Shown in pieces: positions 1 through 11,800 of a stretch of 64,000 nt of DNA. The notes under the pieces are model-generated. The model did no database searches and was not told the DNA's origin. It worked only from the letters and a program-made list of their open reading frames with translations. Source of the stretch: a virus (Duplodnaviria; Caudoviricetes). Where the stretch lies: IMG/VR virus record IMGVR_UViG_3300033463_000004, positions 64,001 to 128,000 of that record; one strand, given 5' to 3'. Made by a program: the position numbers and the translations under genes. Each line of letters starts with the position of its first letter. Position 1 is the stretch's first letter.

Positions 1-61
1 TTTTCATTAAATAGTATCGAAAAACGACTTCATAACCTTATAACGAAAGGAGTTGTCAAAT

Positions 62-280
62 ATGGCAACGAATAACGATGATATTCAATTCATGCCGTTA
101 ACATATGAATTGCCCGATGGTGATATCGTGCAATTATGTACATGGGCATTTGTCTTGGAAAAGTTAAAAACATTATTTGTACCCATGACAGATGCTATTA
201 CTGCAGAAAATGAAGATCTGGATGCAATCAATAATCGTATACTCGAATGGATTGCAGAGCAACAACCAGACGAAACGTAA
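62..280 (+). CDS. Small acidic hypothetical protein (tail module)
   Basis: ORF with AAAGGAG RBS; ATG at 62 preferred over TTG at 53. Confidence 0.7.
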   Translation: MATNNDDIQFMPLTYELPDGDIVQLCTWAFVLEKLKTLFVPMTDAITAENEDLDAINNRILEWIAEQQPDET

Positions 281-293
281 GGGAGGGTTATAT

Positions 294-698
294 ATGGCAG
301 CTGTTGAAAAAGAACCGACATTCGAAGCATTGTTGGAACAGATTGAGATTCAACAACGACTGATTCATCAAATATCTGAAAATTTAAAACAATTGCAGAT
401 TGGCGCAGGCGGCGGTACCGCATCAATTGAAGATTATGAGTCTGGAAAGCAATATAAACGTAACATGTTAATCGTTGATCCTTCAACTGAAACCGTTTAT
501 CGTGTTATTCCACAATCGTATGTATCAACTACATGTGAAGATGATATCTATAATGGATATTTGAAGCTTGTTGGATTTGAAAATGCTATCACAACATTCC
601 CACATGATCCAACACAAGCAGAAATTGATGCGCTTTCCGATGGTACGCTTGTTGCTGTTTATTCTTCTAACGATGCACCGTATGTACCTGACACCTAA
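294..698 (+). CDS. Tail-associated protein, short coiled coil plus possible CBM5/12-like segment
   Basis: GGGAGG RBS before ATG 294; 'IEDYESGKQYKRNMLIVD..TVYRV' resembles chitin-binding CBM5/12 modules. Confidence 0.55.
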   Translation: MAAVEKEPTFEALLEQIEIQQRLIHQISENLKQLQIGAGGGTASIEDYESGKQYKRNMLIVDPSTETVYRVIPQSYVSTTCEDDIYNGYLKLVGFENAITTFPHDPTQAEIDALSDGTLVAVYSSNDAPYVPDT

Positions 699-715
699 TT
701 TGGAGGTGTTATTAA

Positions 716-3700
716 ATGGCAAATATTTTTGTTTACAACGACAGATTGTGGAGAGCTAGTCAAGAATTTTTTGTTCCTGGTATATATCCATTTACTGTAC
801 CAGCAGGTGAACATCTAATGATGTGTTGGGGTGCAATGAGTGGTGCTATATGGGATAGCTACCATAATCTCGGTGGTGTTTCATATGGTATTCTGAATAA
901 TTCAACGCCATTATCATTGAAAGCATATGTTGGTGGTAATGGAGGTGATCGTATAAATGGTACTACTGTTGCACCTGGTGGATTCAACGGTGGTGGCAGT
1001 GGAGGTAAATCATCTGTGTCTAGTTGGTGGTCTGGATCCGGAGGTGGTGGTGCTTCCGATATTCGTGTAAAGACTCCAGAGGATTTTATCGATCCTTCTG
1101 ATATTTACTATCCAGAATTACCAGTTGAATATCAACAAATAGAATATATTCAGTGTGACGGTCATCAGTATTTTGATACTGGATATATTGCAAAATCGAA
1201 TTCAACATTTGTTTTTTCAGCAAGTTATTCTTCAGCTACAAACATGGCTATTTTAGGAACACAAGTAGACTCGGCTGGAAATCCCGGATGGATAGTGTGG
1301 TATGGTGTACGTCGAAATTTACCAATGTTATCATCAAATTATGGTACAGCATATGATGCAGATTCTACTTATTCTGAAACAAATTATGGAAAATATCAAA
1401 CAACTATAAATGTCAATACCAATGAACGTGCAACAATTCAAATTGATGCATATGGAACATTTGTAAATGACGTACCTTCATATTTTAACTCATCAATTGC
1501 TCCGTCTATAGGACCTGATCCGAATAATACAATGTTATTTTTATCTGCTAGACGAGGCGATGATGTTACAATCGGCAACCGTATGTTCAATGGTAAAGCG
1601 TACTATTTAAGAATATATGAACTCGATAACGATGAATATTCATTAGTACATGAATTTATTCCATGTATTCGGTTATCTGATAATACGATTGGAATGTACG
1701 ATACAGTCACATCAGAATTTAATGAACCATTAAAAGATTCGGCATCCTCATCAAATTTAGTTGCCGGACCTGAAGGTTCGTACTATATCGAAGCACAAAA
1801 TTCTTTGAAGAAAAGATCTGAAGATATTCCAACATTACCGGAAGGATATTCACAAATAGAATACATTAAAGGACAGAGTACATCCTGTATTAATACAGGA
1901 TATATTGCAAGTCGTGATAAAGATACTGTTATATCAGTACGTGCAATGGTTGATGGTTCCGGTGAATATGCAATATTTGGCTCACAATCGGATACAAATA
2001 CAAATCCTGGATGGTTATGTTGGTTAAATGCATATGATGGAAAACCATCTATTTGTTCTATATATGGAACAATGACATGGAGCAGCGGTGCATATCGTGT
2101 ATATGCTGGTATACAACGTTCCGTTCCGGCAATGTATTTAGTTAGACGAACAGGAATCAATGTTAATGGAAAATGGATGTGGGAATACAATCCTTCTGGC
2201 GAACCTGATGTGAGACCTATTATATTGATGAATTCGTATCGTGGTTCTGCAACAGTTTCAGCTGGAGGTTTCATCGGTAAAGTATATCATTTCAGAATAT
2301 ATGAAAAAGAAGATGATACATATGTGATGAAGCATAACTTCATTCCATGTGTACGCACAGAAGACAGTCACGAAGGATTTATTGACCTATTGGCAGACCC
2401 GGAATCGGAATTTTATTTTTTGGATACCGGTGTAACATATCCATCATCTTCTGGTGCAATAGGTGAATATCCGATTGTTGAACCTGAACCAAATGAACAA
2501 ATTAATCCTGTTGATCCTGTAGCATTACGTGATTTCAAATCGTTGAATACACGTATAATGGTTGCCGGTGGTGCTGGTGGTCCGACATCGTTCACCGAGA
2601 CATTCTATCAAACTAGTAGCCCATATTATATAGGATGCACCGGAATTGGTGGTGGTGTAAATGGCGGATATCGCGAAATCTTTAATGACGCGACAAAGTT
2701 ATATGCTACACAAGAATCCGGATATTCGTTCGGATATGGACAAAACGGTCGTAATGGAGCTAGTCAATATAATACCAATAATAATGGTTATGGCTGCTCC
2801 GGAGGTGGAGGAGGATGGTATGGTGGATATTCAACATCATCTACTGGATCAAACACAAACTGTTCTGGTGGTGGTGGATCTGGATATGTATTAACCGATA
2901 CATCATACAAACCACAAGATTACATGGAAAATCATCAACCGTATCATTTCACAGTCCCACATCTTGCAGGTGGATATTCTGAATATCCATGTGTTCGAAT
3001 ATGTGAACCCGTAAAAGAATTTCAGGTTGGTGATATCATCACAGTTTTACCAAGTTTTGGTAAAGGACAGCGAATCGATTTACCTTCCGGAAAATATCGG
3101 TTAAGATGTTGGGGTGGATCCGGTGGCGGTTCTGGTGGACCCAGGTATATTGCAAATGGTGGATACGCAGAAGGTGTATTGACATTAACAGCACCGAATA
3201 CATTATATGCATACGTCGGTGGATCAGGTATGTATCACAACTTTATTTCACCAGAATATACAACACAAATGCGTCCTGATATTGGTTTCAATGGTGGTGG
3301 ACGTGCATATCTTTATGGTACACAAGGACATTGTAATGACATTGGGTATCCTGGCGGCGGTGGTACTGATATCCGTCTCGGTGTTGACTCATTATATGCC
3401 AGAATCATTGTTGCTGGTGGTTCCGGTGGTAATGCTTATAATGGTAATAATGGTGTCAAAGTTGGCGGTGTTGGCGGAGGTGAATCAGGTGGTACAGGTA
3501 CTTCAGGATATGGAGATAGTGCTGGACCTGGTACACAGACAGCCCCGGGAGTTAGTATAAATTATCCAACAATCAGCGGTGGATTTGGTTATGGTGGCAG
3601 TGTTCAATATGCATATGGCGGTGTCGGCTCCGGAGGAGGAGGTGGATGGTATGGCGGAGGCTCAGCAACACGAGTTCAATCCGGATATTATTCTTACCCA

Positions 3701-4324
3701 ATTTCTGCCGGAAGTGGTGGATCTGGATATGTATTAACTGAAAATTCATATCGTCCAGAAGGATACCTTGTATCCGATGCATTTGAATTAACCGATACAA
3801 CTCTTATAGCCGGTGGTAATGCTTTACATAAATCTCTAACAAAAATAGAAATTGAAGTAATCGAGACATCTGTTGTGTTATTCTTATGCCGTGACAAATA
3901 TGGAATCAAATATTATGATAAATCTTTATCACGTTGGGCGAACACACCTTCGCAACAATTGGATCAATCATTATTTGAACAATATGGCTCATTAATGGTT
4001 GATAGTGATATAGGTTTGGACGATGATTATGAGATTCTGATATATGATCCAGATGATACTACAACACAAGCTTCATTGAATGTTGTTCCACATGAACAAA
4101 TAATTGTGAATGAGATGATAGATGTTTCAAAGAATTTGCAAATTCGTGAAATAAAACCACGGATGGAAATCAATTCATCCGTATATGATGTTGATATTTC
4201 TGTGAAAAAACAGATTATTCAGCCAAGTGGTACACGATTAATTACAACAATCAATGTTGACAAAAAATCAAAATCTGATGAGAATGCAAGGATCTTCTAT
4301 ATTTCATTAGAAGATGGAAGATAA
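716..4324 (+). CDS. Glycine-rich receptor-binding/tail protein with two Gly-rich (ALK/LTK-GRD-like) domains and two concanavalin/LamG-like modules
   Basis: Two copies of CWG..G, YVGG.G, GFNGGG, GGG..DIR, RI.VAGG.GG, GGGGGWYGG and GGSGYV; two 'LP..Y.QIEYI...FIPC.R' modules; GGAGG RBS. Confidence 0.8.
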   Translation: MANIFVYNDRLWRASQEFFVPGIYPFTVPAGEHLMMCWGAMSGAIWDSYHNLGGVSYGILNNSTPLSLKAYVGGNGGDRINGTTVAPGGFNGGGSGGKSSVSSWWSGSGGGGASDIRVKTPEDFIDPSDIYYPELPVEYQQIEYIQCDGHQYFDTGYIAKSNSTFVFSASYSSATNMAILGTQVDSAGNPGWIVWYGVRRNLPMLSSNYGTAYDADSTYSETNYGKYQTTINVNTNERATIQIDAYGTFVNDVPSYFNSSIAPSIGPDPNNTMLFLSARRGDDVTIGNRMFNGKAYYLRIYELDNDEYSLVHEFIPCIRLSDNTIGMYDTVTSEFNEPLKDSASSSNLVAGPEGSYYIEAQNSLKKRSEDIPTLPEGYSQIEYIKGQSTSCINTGYIASRDKDTVISVRAMVDGSGEYAIFGSQSDTNTNPGWLCWLNAYDGKPSICSIYGTMTWSSGAYRVYAGIQRSVPAMYLVRRTGINVNGKWMWEYNPSGEPDVRPIILMNSYRGSATVSAGGFIGKVYHFRIYEKEDDTYVMKHNFIPCVRTEDSHEGFIDLLADPESEFYFLDTGVTYPSSSGAIGEYPIVEPEPNEQINPVDPVALRDFKSLNTRIMVAGGAGGPTSFTETFYQTSSPYYIGCTGIGGGVNGGYREIFNDATKLYATQESGYSFGYGQNGRNGASQYNTNNNGYGCSGGGGGWYGGYSTSSTGSNTNCSGGGGSGYVLTDTSYKPQDYMENHQPYHFTVPHLAGGYSEYPCVRICEPVKEFQVGDIITVLPSFGKGQRIDLPSGKYRLRCWGGSGGGSGGPRYIANGGYAEGVLTLTAPNTLYAYVGGSGMYHNFISPEYTTQMRPDIGFNGGGRAYLYGTQGHCNDIGYPGGGGTDIRLGVDSLYARIIVAGGSGGNAYNGNNGVKVGGVGGGESGGTGTSGYGDSAGPGTQTAPGVSINYPTISGGFGYGGSVQYAYGGVGSGGGGGWYGGGSATRVQSGYYSYPISAGSGGSGYVLTENSYRPEGYLVSDAFELTDTTLIAGGNALHKSLTKIEIEVIETSVVLFLCRDKYGIKYYDKSLSRWANTPSQQLDQSLFEQYGSLMVDSDIGLDDDYEILIYDPDDTTTQASLNVVPHEQIIVNEMIDVSKNLQIREIKPRMEINSSVYDVDISVKKQIIQPSGTRLITTINVDKKSKSDENARIFYISLEDGR

Positions 4325-4338
4325 GGAGGTCAAACGAC

Positions 4339-5619
4339 ATGAGCTCACATTTACTCCCTGTAAAGACCGGAAACGAACAGTTTCCGGTCATTTATAGGAA
4401 TACCGGACCACTTCCTGGAAGTGGAAGTCAGATTGTTTCTGGTTTGACGACTGTACATAATGGAACATTGTATTGTTTCAAACAAGGTAATTTTAACCAT
4501 TATGCAACATCAACGCAGACAGGCGAAGCTGTATTATATACAATAAATTTATTTACAGGCGAAATGAAAAAATATGCACAATTCGCATTTAACAGATTAT
4601 GGTACCAATATATCGGTTCGATACTTGTTGATGATAATTATATTTATTTATCATCTTCATGTACCGCAGTTTCTACTTGGGAAGCATATCACTCTGATAG
4701 ATATCCAATAATGATAATTTTCAAATTAAAAGATGAAAATGATTCATCATTAACATTACAAAGAATCGGTGCATATAAATACACTATTGCGAGTGGTAGC
4801 GCTTATGGACGTGCTCGTTGGTATGATAGTACGCATATTTGTGTAACAACTGAAAATGCATTGTTGTTATTTGATATCAAAACACATGTATATCAAACAA
4901 TTGCACATAATTTGAATTGGAGTACACGCGATTTTGCTGTTGGTAAGAAGCTAATTGTAGCAACAAGAAATTCAGCTTCATCTCCAACGTTTTGGGGTTA
5001 TCGGATTTCTGATGGTACATTTTTCACTGGAACAGCACCATCAACCGGTATTGCATGTATTGATTATTGTAACGGCAAATTCTTTTTTGCCAATGCAAAC
5101 TATCTGTATATTTATGATGAAAATACAGAAACATTCACAACCACAAAAAATATCCCATGGACAACACCGCATTGTGTATGTGCTTCGGATTTTGCCGTAT
5201 ATGTGATCTCTAATTCATCATCTCGTGGATACATATATGACTATAAATCAGATTTTACACAAACATTCATATTCCCATGGACAATAGACACGTTAGTTGG
5301 AGACTCTGATATATATCGAGGCTGTGTATCAGAAAACTATTGGTTCTTAAATCATAATACATTGATGATATGTGATTATTCAGGTTATTCAAAATATAAT
5401 CTTGGATACATTTACAAATCATTTGTCATTCATTGTAATGAAACGACAATGGAAACTTTCACATATGATCCACGATTTGTATCATTTGATGAAACATCCA
5501 TGTATGTTCATGATGGTAATATCGATTATGATTTTGAATCAACTGAGCAAACTAACATCAAATCTGCACATATATCAAAATCTGATTATAAATTTCTCAA
5601 TCGAATCGAATTTAAATAA
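4339..5619 (+). CDS. Tail protein, probable beta-propeller
   Basis: Aromatic beta-strand repeats (LYIYD, GYIYD, LLLFD); tail cluster context; TAAGGAGG RBS. Confidence 0.6.
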   Translation: MSSHLLPVKTGNEQFPVIYRNTGPLPGSGSQIVSGLTTVHNGTLYCFKQGNFNHYATSTQTGEAVLYTINLFTGEMKKYAQFAFNRLWYQYIGSILVDDNYIYLSSSCTAVSTWEAYHSDRYPIMIIFKLKDENDSSLTLQRIGAYKYTIASGSAYGRARWYDSTHICVTTENALLLFDIKTHVYQTIAHNLNWSTRDFAVGKKLIVATRNSASSPTFWGYRISDGTFFTGTAPSTGIACIDYCNGKFFFANANYLYIYDENTETFTTTKNIPWTTPHCVCASDFAVYVISNSSSRGYIYDYKSDFTQTFIFPWTIDTLVGDSDIYRGCVSENYWFLNHNTLMICDYSGYSKYNLGYIYKSFVIHCNETTMETFTYDPRFVSFDETSMYVHDGNIDYDFESTEQTNIKSAHISKSDYKFLNRIEFK

Positions 5620-5642
5620 ATATCGAAAGGAGTGTGATAATC

Positions 5643-8264
5643 ATGCATGGAACACCAATTGATGAAAAATATCAACGGGCAATGGAATTTGCAAAACATT
5701 TCAAACATGAAAACAAAACATCAAGTATTTCAAATGTATACGTAATACAAGTGAAAGATCTTGATGGAAATGTCGTTGATGAAAAATATGGTATGAATTT
5801 GATGACAAATTACGGTATGTCGCAATATTTTGTATCTAAAGCTAACTGGCCGACAAATTTCTATATCGGTAATGGCTCTGGAACATTTAATCATACAACG
5901 AACGTCATACTTAGTCCTATTACAACGAACCCAGCAACAGTCACGTCAAGTTCAAAGAGTTATGCGTATCCTGTTTATTATGATTCATTATCCGGTGTTA
6001 TCACAACAACTGTGAAATTCCTTGAAGTGTATTTTAATTACAATATCGATGGAGTCACTGGACCAGTTGATATTTCTGAATACGGTATTGGAACTGCATA
6101 CAATGCATTATGGACACATTCATGGGTTTATAATAGTATTGGTGAAAAATCTACGGTTCGAAAAGATATTAATACACGAATTGATATTACAGTGTATTTA
6201 TGTATGTCTTATTCAACATCTATCATTGAAGATGGTTGGACTGCAGGCAAATCTATTTGTATCACCAATCCTTCCAGAATGTTTAATCGTACATCTGTTA
6301 CAATGGATGAACCAAACCTTTATACGTTCAGAAGAAGTGATTATTATGCAAGAACAAAATCCTATACATCTGGATATGCTGATAATGTTTACACTGTAAC
6401 TTCAAATATTTCTGAATTTACAATGTTACCAGCGGATCAATCTGATACAAACCAAAATGTTTATATTGATGGATTCATTTCATGGTGTGCTGGATTCAAT
6501 ATGTTCGAACGAGTCACAATGCCAACTGGTCATGAAGTTTCGTTCAGTGATGTTATTGGAATACCGATTGCATCAATTGCACATACATGGGACGGATTTG
6601 CACGTTCATTCGGACAACCCGGAACATATATCCCATTCACACAAGCAGACATTACTGCATCTTATACGTACAATTACAAGACTGGACAATTCTCTTGTCC
6701 GGATCATTTTGTAAATGATGCAAGAAAATGGTATAATGAAATGTCGTTCAGTACAGATTTTGCAACGACTGCGCGTTATACCAATAACAATGAAGTGTTA
6801 TCAATAAAACTATATCGAAATATCAATACTGAAGATCCTATTGTTGCAATCAGTTCTGCAAATACAACTGTGTATGCAACTGATTCATATTGGGATACTT
6901 CATCATGGAGTCGTATCGTAGATCTTTCATCGATACCTTCTCAATTACAAAACAAACGATACTGGCTGACAACCGATGACATCGCAATTACACCTGTTCG
7001 TGGCATTCAACCATTCGAATTTATTGCATCTGATGATGTAACGCATCATCCAACATTATTATTTGATAAACGTGAATACACGAGACAAGTTCAATTCACG
7101 ACATATGACAAAAGTCCTGATAAGAAATGGTTTATAATCGGATCAAAGATCTATATCGTAGCACGTGGTGACTTGGTTGTTACCTCATCAGGATCATATG
7201 CGATTGGATATAATAATTTGATTATGTATTACAATACTGGCGCAAATACCAATTATTTCTATGAAACAAATATTACAGAACAACCAGCACCAGTCCCAGT
7301 GCAAGTTACGACATTAGGATCTTTGCAGTTCAGATACTCTCATATCAGTGAATCAGAAAATGGATATGCGATTGCATCAGCAACATCAAATGTTACCATT
7401 AAATTTGATTTAACAGGTAGCTCAATTGTTCAAACGCAATTACCTGATTCTCTTGACGCTTGTTGCATATCGAAATCACAAAATTATGCGTATATTGATG
7501 CAACGAATTCACGTCGTGTATTCGTTAAGAAACTTTCAGATGATACAACTGTGAAACAGTTAGATATTCCTGTCAATTATGCTGCTCCAACTTGTATATT
7601 TGGTTGGAAAACTCATCTATATATCACTGATAATTCGACGTATGTGTTCTTATATGATACTGCAAACGATTCATTGACGGAATTATCAACAACAATTCCA
7701 CCAACTGAATATAGAAGATCTTCCAGAGATGGTAACAGTTATTGTCAATTTTCATCATGCTGTGATGAAGGAATGATACTTTATCGTGATAATACAGGAA
7801 CTTCGTATGCAGGTATTATTGTTATTACAGAAAATGATCCAACAACAATAACAGCATTAAATAATCTCAGTGATGGTAATACATCTGGATATATACGACA
7901 TAGATATTTTGATATCATTTCTGTAAACACGAATTCATTATTGATGGTATGTCATTTTGATAGCAGCGGTACAAATTACTATGGTTTTTCTGCAATAGAT
8001 ATCGGCCGATATTTACATGAAAACGTTGTAAATGTTGTCACATATGGCGGATCAAACAGATATCCATTTGCATTATTTGGAGAATTTTACGTTTGTCAGA
8101 ATGAAACATTTAGCGTTGCAAACTTAATGTATCATCGTTTGGTTGGAACAACGAAATGTGTTTCAACAGCAAATCACATCAAACATATATCCAATAAACG
8201 TTGGACAATGAGTGTTACAAATCTCGGTGGATGGAGTGGTTTACCACCCGGAAACAAACAGTGA
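5643..8264 (+). CDS. Tail/baseplate receptor-binding protein, paralog of 8807-12391
   Basis: Shares N-terminal 'N.Y++Q....DG.V..E.YG.NL.T..G', central 'D.YWD.S.WS...SSIP..LQNK.Y' and C-terminal 'GTT' blocks with 8807-12391. Confidence 0.7.
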   Translation: MHGTPIDEKYQRAMEFAKHFKHENKTSSISNVYVIQVKDLDGNVVDEKYGMNLMTNYGMSQYFVSKANWPTNFYIGNGSGTFNHTTNVILSPITTNPATVTSSSKSYAYPVYYDSLSGVITTTVKFLEVYFNYNIDGVTGPVDISEYGIGTAYNALWTHSWVYNSIGEKSTVRKDINTRIDITVYLCMSYSTSIIEDGWTAGKSICITNPSRMFNRTSVTMDEPNLYTFRRSDYYARTKSYTSGYADNVYTVTSNISEFTMLPADQSDTNQNVYIDGFISWCAGFNMFERVTMPTGHEVSFSDVIGIPIASIAHTWDGFARSFGQPGTYIPFTQADITASYTYNYKTGQFSCPDHFVNDARKWYNEMSFSTDFATTARYTNNNEVLSIKLYRNINTEDPIVAISSANTTVYATDSYWDTSSWSRIVDLSSIPSQLQNKRYWLTTDDIAITPVRGIQPFEFIASDDVTHHPTLLFDKREYTRQVQFTTYDKSPDKKWFIIGSKIYIVARGDLVVTSSGSYAIGYNNLIMYYNTGANTNYFYETNITEQPAPVPVQVTTLGSLQFRYSHISESENGYAIASATSNVTIKFDLTGSSIVQTQLPDSLDACCISKSQNYAYIDATNSRRVFVKKLSDDTTVKQLDIPVNYAAPTCIFGWKTHLYITDNSTYVFLYDTANDSLTELSTTIPPTEYRRSSRDGNSYCQFSSCCDEGMILYRDNTGTSYAGIIVITENDPTTITALNNLSDGNTSGYIRHRYFDIISVNTNSLLMVCHFDSSGTNYYGFSAIDIGRYLHENVVNVVTYGGSNRYPFALFGEFYVCQNETFSVANLMYHRLVGTTKCVSTANHIKHISNKRWTMSVTNLGGWSGLPPGNKQ

Positions 8265-8276
8265 GGTGTATGTGTT

Positions 8277-8789
8277 ATGTCTGGAATTCATAAATCGAAA
8301 GAAGTATATAAATATACACCAACACGTGATGGTACGAGAAAACTTGTACCTGTTAGAGGCGTCTATGTATCGGGGCTCCATACGGATCCCCTTTACATGG
8401 ATCATTATATAACAATAACAGAATATTCATCTGCGGATGTTGAAATTGTTGATTATACTACACAAGAAACAACACAGCAATCACCAGGTTTGTCTGTTAT
8501 TGGTATTGATATCCATCATGCTGACATTAGTGCATATACTAGAAAAAATACGACAGCATCTTCTCCCGGTTTGTCTGTTATTGGTATTGAAATTGAACAT
8601 TGTGATATTTCGCCATATACACGACAATCACAAACGCAACAATCACCTGGCTTGTCTGTTGTTGGTGTATCTGTTAGACATTCTGAATATGTCAATTATT
8701 TTAGAACGCATATGGATTCATCGTTGGAATATGTCTTGTCTGTATTAGAATATACATCAAGTTCATGTGACATCGAAGATATTATTTAA
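8277..8789 (+). CDS. Small tail protein with three 27-aa repeats
   Basis: SPGLSV[IV]G[IV] at 81-bp spacing; GAGGTG RBS. Confidence 0.7.
   Translation: MSGIHKSKEVYKYTPTRDGTRKLVPVRGVYVSGLHTDPLYMDHYITITEYSSADVEIVDYTTQETTQQSPGLSVIGIDIHHADISAYTRKNTTASSPGLSVIGIEIEHCDISPYTRQSQTQQSPGLSVVGVSVRHSEYVNYFRTHMDSSLEYVLSVLEYTSSSCDIEDII
8454..8696 (+). repeat. Three degenerate 81-bp coding tandem repeats
   Basis: tcNccNggYttgtctgttRttggt starts at 8481, 8562 and 8643. Confidence 0.85.
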
Positions 8790-8806
8790 AAGAAAGGGTG
8801 AATGAT

Positions 8807-11800
8807 ATGCATGAATTTGGAATTGCAAAAAAATCTATATATGATGAGCATCCTAAATTAAAAGAATTTGAAGAAAATTATAAGAAAACACATCCGGGTG
8901 TTGATATTAACACCAAAAATCTATATATCGTTCAATCTGTGAACCGTGATGGCGTCGTGACATCTGAACAATATGGTTTGAATCTTATAACAGACGCCGG
9001 ATTTGATCAAATTATCTCTAATTATTCACCTAGCTCTGAGACATTTAGAAAAGCAATACGTCTGTTAGAAGGTGTACCAATAGCCGAAGCTCCAACAGTA
9101 TTGACATCTACCATTCCGTCATATACACGAAGAATTCAAACATCAACCATGTCTGGTAATAATAATTATTATGCATTGCAATATAATTCTGAAACTGGTG
9201 TGATATCTCAAAGGATTAATCAATGGGTATGGGAATTTGATTATAATGTGACTGGATATTTACCAGATGGGACATCAGTTTCAATAGATAATGATTTTAC
9301 TGCAAATTGTCTTTATATGTATAATCCAGATTATCCCGACTGGTGTCCTACTGGAATAATATCAACATATGAAGCAGATGGTATGCCAGCTCCAATTATT
9401 AAACATCCAAACGAAAAATTATTTATAACATTTTATGCAACAGGATCTATTCATGAAGATGTTATAAATGATGCGTACGATGATGAAATATATTTTGCCG
9501 TTAATCCTGGAAAGATTTCTAATATTGCATGGGGTTATAGTCATTCTGGATATAATCGTGTTAATTCTCCTTTTGTGCATGCACAATGGTTAGGACCGGT
9601 TTATAAATCATATGCTTTGTCATCAGGAAGCACTAACACATATGTTGATATAAGTTGTAATGAGACTGGTCAACGATTTATCATGGGCAACGGTGAAGGA
9701 TATCGATATGGTCGTCAAAATATGACTTATGTTTTATTAGACCCGCGTGTTGCGTTTACCATGGTAGATTATCGATGGGGACATCGATATTATACCAGCT
9801 GGGATGATGCACATGTCATCAAATGTATATCGGTGGAACGTTTGGATACCCCAGAAGAATTATCAACAAATTTTGGATACACGAACAGAAATGACTCTTC
9901 ACAAATTTCAAATCTATTTGCATTGAAAGCATTTAACACACTTTACCCACTAGGAATTTTACCAGCAGCCGATTTCTCCATCACGTCCATCAAAGGATAT
10001 AATTACATATCGAAAGCCTTTGATATTGATATTTCATACATCAATAGACCTAATGCATATTATAATAACCCATTTATTACATCGGCTGGTATGGCAATCT
10101 CTGTAGCTGGTGCGCCCAGTGGTACATATTATTTATATATCAATCAGCGTGCAAAACAACTCAACAATGGTTTACAACCAGTACCGATTACTGGAATATC
10201 ATTGGACACATCAAGAACTGTTTATGTTGCAGATAAATATTGGGATTTTTCAACTTGGTCTATTGTGACAAATCCAAGTTCAATCCCACAAGCGTTACAA
10301 AACAAAAAGTATTTCATGTTGAAAGATGGTATAGCAATTATCACACCAACATATGATCAACAAGTACATGAATTGGATGTTGGTTCAGAATACACAGTAC
10401 TAAACACGCCCACAGATTCTATTCATGGATGGTATCGCGGATATAAAACATTACACAATCTGACAGACAATTGGATTCTTGTACAAGATTATTTGTTATT
10501 TATGGATCCAACAGGAAAAGATGTTCAATATAAATATAAACTCGAAGGTCCCGAATATGCTGTGTGGTCAAAAATATCTGACGCAGTATGGAATCAAGAT
10601 TATGCAAGCCTTTACATATATTCAAATGGTGAATATGTATTGAATACAAATCCGACATACAGTTCTGGAACAACGTACTACACAACGGCAATTGATCCAT
10701 ATACCATTAGATATAATTATGGTAATAAGATTCTTGTTGCGACGATGGTTACACGCGGTAACGATTCATATCCAGCAAAGGTAAGAATCTATACAATCAC
10801 ATCAGCATCATCTGCACCGACATATCAAGATATTACAATCGACACAAACACAACCGATCGGTCATATACTGGTCAATATACATTCTCTTCAAATGGATAT
10901 TTTGTTATCCAAGATGAACATACACATTGTGCAAACATTATTAAAATTTCCGATGGCACTGTTACAAAACTCGAGAATGTCAGTAATTGTTATGCATTGG
11001 AATATTCCAATAAATGTGTGTATTTCCGATATGGTTCATCACCGTTAACATGGGATGTTTACAATATGCAAACAAATACAGTTGAAGGTTCTTTTGTATT
11101 ACCGGATGAATATTCTAATGTCACATATATGTGCGGGTGGCATGAATATTTGTATTTGCAATCATATATCAATCCAAACTATTTTGTTCATATTATAAAT
11201 ACAAATGATTGTTCAATCCACATTGTCGATGGTATGACATTCAATAATCAATTCACATCATATAGGAGAAATAACAATTCAGTTGATTCTCGTTTATATC
11301 GTTTGAATCGAATTAATAACATAAAATTCCATTCGGATTTTATGATCATTGATTGTTTACCAATGAATCAATGGTATATGGATGATGTGTCTCCTAAATT
11401 TATTAAGTATACAGAACCTGAAAAAACATATTGGTTGTACAAATATGGCGATCGAAATGAACGTCAAGTTGATAACTTGTATGAAAAGAACCATTATTAT
11501 TGTACTACAGCACGATTAGGTTCAACAATTCTGGAAGTTCAACAATCAGTGTCTCAATCAAAATTATTATTAATTGATGTCGCTGGACGTTTTTCAGAAC
11601 GGTATGATGGTTCTGTTGATTTTGTTTCTAATTCAAATACCGATTGGCGGGCTGGTGTTCTTGATATAGGATATCGGATAGATAATCCTTCAGATGAACC
11701 TCTCAATGCGGTTTGTTATCATTGGAACAAAATTCAAATGGATAGTACATATGCGTCCGGTGGTATTGCATATTGGAAAAATGGAATTATCATATTTGAT

